From contig JAURJO010000361.1 of the NCBI GenBank assembly GCA_030832235.1, forward strand, positions 1 to 43,064: DNA of 43,064 nucleotides, given 5' to 3'. Positions 28,681 through 37,300 of the stretch are shown one piece after another. Within the stretch, counting starts at the first letter, position 1, and each line of letters starts with the position of its first letter. Source of the stretch: Verrucomicrobiota bacterium (GTDB lineage Bacteria > Verrucomicrobiota > Verrucomicrobiia > Opitutales > Opitutaceae). Below the pieces are notes generated by a model. That model was not told the origin of the DNA. It made no database searches and saw only the letters and a program-made list of their open reading frames with translations. The position numbers and the translations under genes were made by a program.

Positions 28681-31600
28681 ACCGTAAACTCCTCCGTGGC
28701 GGGCGCCGCATCCCCGCCCGTCGCCCGGTCCGCCGCGCCCTCCGTCCACGCCCCGGCCGTAAACTCCGCGAGTCCTTCCACCGTCGATCCTTCGAGGAAA
28801 CGCGCCAGCGGCACGTCGAGACCGAACTCGGCGCGGATGCGGTTCTTGATCTCCACCGCCATGAGCGAGTCGAGGCCGAGATTGGGCAAAGGCTCGTCGC
28901 GCCGCAGCTCCGCCACCGGGCGGCGAAACACGCGCGCGATGATTTCCGCCACGCCCGCGCGCACGAGCGCCGGCTGCTCCGCCGGCGTCGCCGCCGCGAC
29001 GCGTTGGCCCATGCCCGCGAGCGGTTCGGCGCTGGTGACCGGCGCGACCAGCGGACCGGCCACCTCCGTCAGCAACGCGGTGCGCGCGAGCGGCGCATCG
29101 ACGCGGGCGAGCAACGCCCAATCGACCGTCACCACCGCGGCCTGCGCGCCCCCCCGCGCCAGCAACGCCCCGAGCGCCGCCAGCGCCGGCGCCGGCGCGA
29201 TGCGCCGCAACCCGAAAGACTCCAGTCGCTCGTGCGCGCGACGACCATGGTCACTCGCACCAAAACCGATGCCCGACCACGGCCCCCAGTTGATGCTCAA
29301 CCCTGGACGACCTTGCGCGCGTCGCCACTGGGCGTGCGCGTCGAGAAACGCGTTGCCCGCCGCATAATTGGCCTGCCCGTGCGCGGGCAACACCGCCGAG
29401 AGGCTGGAGCATGAAAGGAAAAAATCGAGATCCGCACCCACGCAGCGCTCCAGCGCGAGCGTCCCGGCCACCTTCGGCGCGAGCACCGTCGCGAGGTCCT
29501 CGGCCGACATCTGCCCCATCGGCAGGTCCCGCCACACCCCGGCCGCATGGACCACGCCGCGCACCGCCGGGGCGCCGTCGAGCCGCCACGCGTCCAACTC
29601 GCGGCGCAGTCCCGCCTCATCGGCCACGTCCACCGCCGCGATTTTCACCGTGACCCCGCGCCGCCCGAGCTCGTCCAACTGCGCCCGCGCCGCCGCGCTC
29701 GGTGCCGAGCGCCCCAACAAGCACAGATGCCGCGCCCCGCGCTCCGCGAGCCAACCCGCCATCGCCAGACCGAGACCGCCCAAGCCGCCCGAGATCACAT
29801 AACCCGCGTCCGCCCGCACCGCCCAGTTGCCCGCCGCGACCGGCCCGGGCATCCGCGCGAGCCGTTCGACGTAACGTTCCGCGCCTCGCCACGCGACCTT
29901 GTCTTCCGTGGTCTGCGCGCCCAATTCGGCGGCGAGCGCCCACCACCCGCGCTCGATCGGCTGCCCCGGATCCAGATCATACAGTCCGCCCCAGAGCGCG
30001 GGTTGTTCCTGGGCGAGCACACGCAGAAAGGCCCACAACGGCGCCTGGGCCAGCACCGGCGCGTTGCCCGCGACCGCCACCGCCCCCCGGGTCACCGTGC
30101 TCAACCGCGCCTGCGGCGCGAGCGCCAGCAGCGCCTGCACGAGCGACCGCGCGCGCTCCAACCAACCGGCGGCGGCGTCACCTTGCCCCGCGACGGGTTC
30201 GAGCCAGACCACCCGCACCGCGCCAGGCGACCCGCCCAGCGCCGGGGCGAGCAACGACATCCACTCCACCGCGCCTTCCGGCACGGCAACCACGGCTGCC
30301 CGCAGGCGACCCAATTGCGCCACCAACGCGTCCGGCACGGCCCCCGCCGGCGTGAGCAACACCCAACGCGCCGGCGCCTCGGCCGGGGCGGTGGGCGCCG
30401 GCTGCGCGCGCCACGCCACCTCGTAAAGATCATCCTGCGGCACCGCCACCGCGGGCGCCACCTCTTGTATTCCCGGTATGGATACGGAATCGGCCGCGAC
30501 GGGATCGCCGACGACAAAGCGTTCGCGCAGTTGGGCGAGCGCGGGCAAGCCGCCGAGCACATCGTCGGTCGGTTGACCAAAATCCAACAGACTCGCGATC
30601 TCATCCACCCCCGCCGCCACGAGCGTTTCGACGAGCGGGGCACAACTCTCCGGCGTGCCGATCAACGCGCGCGTTCCCGCGAATCGCTCGAAAAGAAAGC
30701 CCACCAAATCGTCCAGATCGCGTTCCGACAGGGCGTTCACGTCCACCACGCGACTACGGCTGTGCGCGAGTCCGGCAAGGAGTTGCCGGCTCGCCTTGAG
30801 GTAGGCGCAGAAGGGCCCGCGCACGCGCTCGCGGGTCGCCGCGAGATCGTGGCCGATGAAGGTGTGGACCATCACCGTGACGCGCCCCGCCGCCGCGTCG
30901 TGGCCGGCCGCCGCGCGCGCCTCGCGGTAAATCCGGATCTTCACCGCCAGCTCCGCCGGATCCTGATCGAGCAGGTGCGTGAGGAGATTCGCGCCGGCCT
31001 CGCCCGCCCGACGGAAGGACTCGGGGTTGCCCGCCGCCGTGAGCCACACCGGCAACTCGCGCTGCCGCGGCCCGGGCCGCAGGCGCACGGTCGCGGGTTG
31101 CCCCACGCCGTTGGTGAGCTCGATGGCTTCGCCGCGCCAGAGGCGGCGCACCGTGTCAAGGGTCGCATACAGGCGCGCATGCCGCTCCGCGTAACGCTCG
31201 GGGAAAAACGCGAAATCGTCCGGGTTCCAGCCCGACGCCAGCGAGATCCCCACCCGCCCGCCGGAAAGGTTGTCCACCATCGACCACTCCTCCGCGATGC
31301 GCATCGGATGGTGCAACGACGCCACCACGCTGCCGGCGCGCAGCTGGATCCGGCTCGTCTCGCGCGCCAGCGCGGCCTGCAGCACCGCCGGGTTCGGGTA
31401 CAGCCCGCCCATTTCGGTAAAATGCCGCTCCGGCACCCACACCGAATCAAAGCCCGCCCGATCGGCAAAGCGCGCCGCTTCGATGACGAGGCGATACTTG
31501 TCCGTCTCGCCCGCCTCCGGCGTCGCCGCAAAGAACATCACCGAGAACGCCGGCCGAGTCGGTCGCACCGCCGCAGGCGGTGCGGTGACGCGCTCGCTGG

Positions 31601-34337
31601 CAAGGGCGCCCGGCGTCGGCTCCGGCAACCAATACCGCCGCCGCTGGAAAGGATAACCTGGCAGGCCGATGCGACGTCCCCCGCGGGGCGCTTGGACCGC
31701 GTGCCAATCGAGCCCGACCCCCCGCACGTGCAGCGCCGCCGCCGCCCGCGCCACCGCGCCCGGCTCATCGGGGCCACCGTCGAAACTGGAGAGCCAGGTG
31801 ACACCGCCGTCGGGTAGCGTCTTGGTCGCAAGACGGGTCAGCACCGGGCGGGGCCCCAGCTCCAAGGCAAGATCCACGCCCGCCGCCGCCAACGCGCGCA
31901 CGCCGGGCGCGTAGCGCACCGGCGACATAATCTGCCGCAGCCAATACTCCGGCTGCGACATCATACCCGCCGCATCCACCTCGCCCGTCACGTTACTGAT
32001 GATCGGCACCGTCGCCGGATGGAACGTCACCCGCGCCAGCGCGGCGCCAAACGCGTCGAGCATCGGCCGCATCAACTCCGAGTGAAACGCGTGCGATACC
32101 TCCAAACGCTGCGCGGTGAGACCGTCGCGCGCACACGTCGCCAGCGCCGACTCCAGCGCCGCGAGCGGTCCCGAGATCACCGTCTCCGCCGGAGCATTAC
32201 ACCCCGCGACGGCCAGGCCGGTCGCCGACTCCGCCAGAACACGCCGCACCCGCTCTTCGTCGGCCAAAACCGCCGCCATGCCACCGCCGGCGGGCAGGGC
32301 CTGCATGAGTTGCCCACGCACGCGGACCAAAGTGAGCGCATCCTCCAGACTGAAGATGCCCGCCGCCACGGCCGCCCCGTATTCACCGAGACTGTGACCC
32401 AGCAAAAAGTCCGGTTGCACCCCCCGATCCCGCCACAACTCCAGCAACGCATACTCGACAGATAATAACGTCGGCTGCGCGAGCCCTGTCGCGCTGAGCT
32501 CCCCGGACGAAACGGTCGCCAGCAACTCGAGCAAAGGTCGCAGCAGATACGGGCGCAGCAGCGCATCGCAGCGCTCCAGCGCGGCACGGAAAACCGGCTC
32601 CGTCGCGGCCAAGGCCAGACCCATGCCCGGCTGCTGCGCACCTTGCCCGGTGAACAGGAACGCGAGCCGCGGCACCCGATTGAATCGCACTTCGCCGCGC
32701 ACGAGCTGAGCGCCGGAACCCGCGCGCAAAGCCCGCAACGCTTCCGCCCCATCCCCCGCCACGACCGCCAGCCGATGCCCCTGGTGCAGGCGGCCGGTGT
32801 TGAGCGTGCGTGCGACCGAAGCGAAATCCGCGTGCGGGTTGGCCGCGAACCACTCCGCCTGTCGCACCACGACGGCGTCGAGCGCCTCCGGCGTGGCCCC
32901 GGACAGCGTCAGCACCTGCGGCGACCGCGCAGTAGGAGTTGTCGCGGCTAACCCCTCGACCGGCGGCGCCTCGAGGATGACGTGTGCGTTGGTGCCCACA
33001 AAACCGAACGAACTCACGCCCGCGAGCCGCGGACCGCCCGCGGTGAACCACGGACCGGCCGTCGTCGGGATGCGGAGCAACGCCGCATCATCAAGCCGGA
33101 TGCGGGGATTCAGCGTTTGCAGATGCAGGTGCGGGAAAACCTCGGCACCCCGAACCACCAGCAAGGCCTTGAGCAGTCCGCAGATTCCGGCCGCTCCTTC
33201 GAGGTGACCGAAGTTCGTCTTCACCGACCCGATCGCGAGCGGGCGCTGCGAGTCACGGCCCGGTAGCAACACCTCCCGCAACGCCGCGACCTCGATCGGA
33301 TCGCCCAGCGGCGTCGCGGTGCCATGGCACTCCACGTAGCCGATATCGGCCGGGGACGCCCCGGCGGTGGCCAGCGCCGCCTCGATCAGGGCCTGCTGCG
33401 CGAGACGGTTCGGGGCGGTGATTCCGCTGCTGCGCCCATCATGATTGACCGCCGACCCTCGAATCACCCCGAGCACCCGATCACCGTCCGCCAGCGCGCG
33501 CGCCAAGGTCTTGAGCACCACCAATCCACAACCCTCGCCGCGCACGTAGCCATCCGCCGCAGCGTCGAAGGTGCGGCAACGCCCCTGCGGCGATATCATC
33601 CGCGCCTTGGTCAAGTTGATACTCGGCTCCGGGGTCAGCAGCGCGTTGACGCCGCCCGCGAGGGCGAGATCGCACTCGCCCTGGCGCAACGCCTGACACG
33701 CGAGATGCACGGAGACCAGCGACGACGAACAAGCCGTATCAACCGCCATCGTGGGCCCCTGGAGACCCAACACATAAGAGAGCCGCCCGGCGGTGGCGCT
33801 GAACGTGCCGCCGGTGCCCAAATAGGCTCCGATGCCGTCGAGCCCGCGTTCCCGCAGCGCACGTACGACGTAGTCGCTGTACATCAGCCCCGTGAAGACC
33901 CCGGTGCGACTGCCGCGCAACCGATCAAGCGGAATCGCCGCGTCTTCCAAGGCCGACCAGGCGACCTCGAGAAGCAGGCGTTGCTGCGGATCGAGGTGCT
34001 CGGCCTCCCGCGGCGTGATGCCAAAGAAGTCGGCGTCAAATTGATCAATGCCCTCCAGGCAGGCTGCCTCGCGCGTGTGCATCTTTCCGGGCGCGTCGGA
34101 ATCGGCGTCATAAAATGCCTCGGCATCCCAACGATCCGGCGGCACGCGACCGACCGCATCGGTGCCGGCGCGGAGCACGCGGGCCAAAGACGCGAGGTCG
34201 GAGACGCCCGCGGGAAAGCGACAGCCGGCACCGATGATCGCGATCGGCGCGGTGTGCTCGGTCAGCTGGTCGCGCAGCGCCCGAATCTGACCATAAGCTT
34301 CGCGCAAGAGCGAATCCATCTCCGACGGGCCGCTCAT
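28677..34337 (-). CDS. Type I cis-AT PKS module with embedded luciferase-like monooxygenase: KS-AT(malonyl)-LLM-KR-ACP
   Basis: KS triad DTACSSS/HGTAT/GHLEGAAG. AT GHSLG plus HAFH (malonyl). LLM motifs FSVMFFA...DKYRLVIEAARFAD...WVPERHF...GGLYPNP...AGSVV...RIAEEWSMVDNLSGGRVG...GW (~30520-31550). KR GGLGGLG, HAAGVWRD, GQANYAAGN. ACP LGLDSLMAVEI. Confidence 0.93.
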   Translation of the reverse strand: MSGPSEMDSLLREAYGQIRALRDQLTEHTAPIAIIGAGCRFPAGVSDLASLARVLRAGTDAVGRVPPDRWDAEAFYDADSDAPGKMHTREAACLEGIDQFDADFFGITPREAEHLDPQQRLLLEVAWSALEDAAIPLDRLRGSRTGVFTGLMYSDYVVRALRERGLDGIGAYLGTGGTFSATAGRLSYVLGLQGPTMAVDTACSSSLVSVHLACQALRQGECDLALAGGVNALLTPEPSINLTKARMISPQGRCRTFDAAADGYVRGEGCGLVVLKTLARALADGDRVLGVIRGSAVNHDGRSSGITAPNRLAQQALIEAALATAGASPADIGYVECHGTATPLGDPIEVAALREVLLPGRDSQRPLAIGSVKTNFGHLEGAAGICGLLKALLVVRGAEVFPHLHLQTLNPRIRLDDAALLRIPTTAGPWFTAGGPRLAGVSSFGFVGTNAHVILEAPPVEGLAATTPTARSPQVLTLSGATPEALDAVVVRQAEWFAANPHADFASVARTLNTGRLHQGHRLAVVAGDGAEALRALRAGSGAQLVRGEVRFNRVPRLAFLFTGQGAQQPGMGLALAATEPVFRAALERCDALLRPYLLRPLLELLATVSSGELSATGLAQPTLLSVEYALLELWRDRGVQPDFLLGHSLGEYGAAVAAGIFSLEDALTLVRVRGQLMQALPAGGGMAAVLADEERVRRVLAESATGLAVAGCNAPAETVISGPLAALESALATCARDGLTAQRLEVSHAFHSELMRPMLDAFGAALARVTFHPATVPIISNVTGEVDAAGMMSQPEYWLRQIMSPVRYAPGVRALAAAGVDLALELGPRPVLTRLATKTLPDGGVTWLSSFDGGPDEPGAVARAAAALHVRGVGLDWHAVQAPRGGRRIGLPGYPFQRRRYWLPEPTPGALASERVTAPPAAVRPTRPAFSVMFFAATPEAGETDKYRLVIEAARFADRAGFDSVWVPERHFTEMGGLYPNPAVLQAALARETSRIQLRAGSVVASLHHPMRIAEEWSMVDNLSGGRVGISLASGWNPDDFAFFPERYAERHARLYATLDTVRRLWRGEAIELTNGVGQPATVRLRPGPRQRELPVWLTAAGNPESFRRAGEAGANLLTHLLDQDPAELAVKIRIYREARAAAGHDAAAGRVTVMVHTFIGHDLAATRERVRGPFCAYLKASRQLLAGLAHSRSRVVDVNALSERDLDDLVGFLFERFAGTRALIGTPESCAPLVETLVAAGVDEIASLLDFGQPTDDVLGGLPALAQLRERFVVGDPVAADSVSIPGIQEVAPAVAVPQDDLYEVAWRAQPAPTAPAEAPARWVLLTPAGAVPDALVAQLGRLRAAVVAVPEGAVEWMSLLAPALGGSPGAVRVVWLEPVAGQGDAAAGWLERARSLVQALLALAPQARLSTVTRGAVAVAGNAPVLAQAPLWAFLRVLAQEQPALWGGLYDLDPGQPIERGWWALAAELGAQTTEDKVAWRGAERYVERLARMPGPVAAGNWAVRADAGYVISGGLGGLGLAMAGWLAERGARHLCLLGRSAPSAAARAQLDELGRRGVTVKIAAVDVADEAGLRRELDAWRLDGAPAVRGVVHAAGVWRDLPMGQMSAEDLATVLAPKVAGTLALERCVGADLDFFLSCSSLSAVLPAHGQANYAAGNAFLDAHAQWRRAQGRPGLSINWGPWSGIGFGASDHGRRAHERLESFGLRRIAPAPALAALGALLARGGAQAAVVTVDWALLARVDAPLARTALLTEVAGPLVAPVTSAEPLAGMGQRVAAATPAEQPALVRAGVAEIIARVFRRPVAELRRDEPLPNLGLDSLMAVEIKNRIRAEFGLDVPLARFLEGSTVEGLAEFTAGAWTEGAADRATGGDAAPATEEFTV

Positions 34338-37300
34338 GATCGCTTAACCGGTCCACGGAGGGACCTCAGCTCTTCGGCGAGCAGGGCGGCGAGATCCTCC
34401 TCGGACATCGCTTCCAGTTGCGTAGCACCAACCCTCGCGGCGGCGGGCGAGACGGGGACGGCTGACCCGGCCGAGGGAGCCGCGACCGGGTCCCTCGCAG
34501 GCGCGTAAGACACTTTGACCGACGCCACCGAGCCGAACGACGACGACGGGGCCGGTGACGGGGCCGGGCCCGCGACGGCACTCGGAGCCTTGATCGCGCC
34601 CGGCGCGGCCACGTTCGTGGCTAACATGCGGATGTTCGGGTAGTCCCACGTCAGCGTGGTCGGGAGGTCGCGCCCGAGCCATTCGCCGAGCCCGGCGGAC
34701 AACTCGACCGCGGTGAGCGAGTCGATGCCGAAGTCGGAGAACGGCTTAAGCGGATCGATCTTGTCGACCGCCAGCTGCAGGCGACCGCCGATCCATTCAC
34801 ACAGCCAGGTTTCAATTTTCGCGACTTGCGCGCGGGTGTCGCTTGGCGCTTCCGCCGGATTGGGGGCGGTCGGCGCGGAGGACGACGAGGACGCCGGTGC
34901 CGGCGCGGTCGGAATGACGACCGTCGCGGCGGGCACCGGCGCGGCCGTTGCCTTCGGGGCGACGTGGTCGGCGCGGCGCAGCAGCGGATCGAGTTCAAAC
35001 TCGACGCCGGCGGCACGCGGCTCGATGTCGCCAATGGCCGCACGGTGCCGGGCGCCGGCGGCCAGAATCTCCGTGGAGTTGAGCGGCAACTCGAGGTCCG
35101 CAATCGGCTGGGAGAGCCGCTCATGCGTCTCGGCCATGAGGCGACGCAGCCATACCCGCGCCCGGGGGAGCTCAGGATCGTCGCCCGTCGTGTCATGCTC
35201 CACGATCGCGAGCCAGAGCGCCCAAAGACCAAACTCGCCCAGCAAGCGCGAAACCCGCTGGACGCCGAGCGCCTGCTCGACCTCGGTGCCCCTCACGAGA
35301 TGATGCTGCTTGGCGGTGTCGGCCGCCGCGAAAACAAGGTCGGCAATCTCCGGCGCACCGAGCCGCTCGCGCAGGAAATCCTGCAGCGGCCGGCTCTGAC
35401 TGGCGATGCGCGAACCGAGGAACATGATCATCGTCTCGGTCGGTCCCTCAAAAATCCGCACCAGCCGGGCGTCGCGGTAGAACTGCGGCACGAGATTCGT
35501 CTCGATATAGCCCCGGCCCCCGAGCATCTGCAGCAAGTGGTCGACGGCGAGGCCGAGCGACTCCGGGCCCGCGTATTTCACGAGGGCGAAAAACTCCTCC
35601 GGCACATCGAGCCCCGCGTCATACCAACGACCAAACTGCGTGATGAACGACCGCAGCGCGGCGATGCGCACGATATGTTCCGTGAGGCGTTCGCGCGTGA
35701 TGAGATTCTCGGCCAGACGGCCGGTGGAGATCGTGCGACGGCTGGCGTAGCGCAGCATCAATTGCACGCAGCGCTGCATGGTCCCGAGGCTGACGGTGGC
35801 GATAAAGAGGCGACCAAACTTCATCGTGTCCTGGGCCACATCCATGCCGGACCCCAACGACCCGATCATATCCTCGAGCCCGACCCGCATGCCCTCGAGG
35901 TGCACGGTGTTTTGGATCATCCCCCGCATGCCCATGGTCATCTCTTCGGCCCCCATGCGCAGCCCGGGGGAACCCTGGCGGAGCAGGAACGTGGTGATGC
36001 CGCGATCGCGGCCGGACTCGTCGAGCAAATGAGCGGCCGCGACGATCCACCCGGACCAAGCGCCCGTGCCGATCCAGCGTTTGCTGCCATGCAGGAGCCA
36101 TCCGCCCGCGCCATCGGGCGTGGCGGTGGCGGTGATGGCCCGCGGATTCGACCCGGCGGCGGGTTCCGTGAAGGCAAACGCGATCAGTTCCCTGCCCTGG
36201 GCGATCGGTGGAACCACCTCGCGCCGCATCCGCTCACTGCCATGGCGCAACAAGGTGCGCAGACCCAAGGCGTTGTGGACGCCGACGAAGGACGACAAGT
36301 TGACATCGACCGCGCCGAGTTGCACGCCGACGCGCAACGTGTCCTCGGTCGTGAGACCGGCACCCCCGAGCTCCTCGGGCACCTCGAGGCCCAGCAGACC
36401 GTTATTCCCGAAATCGAGCACGATGTGCGGCGGGATACAGCGCCGCTCGTCGATGAGGTATGAGTTGACGCGTTGTTCCGCGTAATCGCGGATCCAAGCA
36501 ATCATCTCATCGGCGCGACGACGGCTGCGCTCCGGCTCGCCGCCGAGCCGCCCCAGCCCGGGGGCGGCCGGCGCGACGTCGGCTGGCGACGTCGGCGCGG
36601 CGGGCGCGGGGGAGCCGAGCGGAGCGGAGCCGGGCGGCTCGCGGTCGGCGTAAACACTTTCGAGCGTGCCGGATTCCCACCCGGCGCGGGCGGCGAAGCG
36701 TTGCAGCTTTCCGCTGGAAGTTTTGGGCAAAGTCACGGGTTTGAGCAGGGTGACGGCGAAGACGGAAAGTTCGTGGCTTTCGAGCACGGCGCGCCGGATG
36801 GCGGAGACCACCGCGGGGCCGTCGAGCGTGCGCAGCTCGGTGCGCCGGACCTCGGCGGCGATCCCGATTTGCTCGACCCCATCGATCCGGAGCGCAAAGG
36901 CCGCGCACGACCCCGGCTGGAGGGACGGATGACTCAACTCCGCCGTGCGCTCGATGTCCTGCGGGTAGTGATTCTTCCCGCGCACGATGATGACGTCCTT
37001 GATGCGTCCGGTCACGTAGAGCTCGTTGTCCTTCAAAAAGCCCAAGTCGCCCGTGCGCAGCCACGATCCGGAGCCATCGGCCTGGCGCCCGTCCATGCTC
37101 TCGGCCGTGCGCTCCGGCTGGCCCCAGTAACCTGGCGAAACGTGAGCGCCGCGTAGCCAGATCTCACCGACCGTGGCCGCCGCACAGGGCTGCCGGGTAA
37201 CCGGGTCCACGATGGCGAGTTCCTGCCCTGCCACCGATTGTCCGCAGCTCACGACGGTAAGACCATCGGTGCGCCCGGCGACGACTTCGACGGCTTCGTT

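Noticed and set aside
28681-29121. 147-aa N-terminal extension of NRPS 1 in the ORF track
   Set aside because: It overlaps the PKS KR/ACP in another frame and is low-complexity. ATG 28680 gives an ATGA overlap and a recognisable docking domain.
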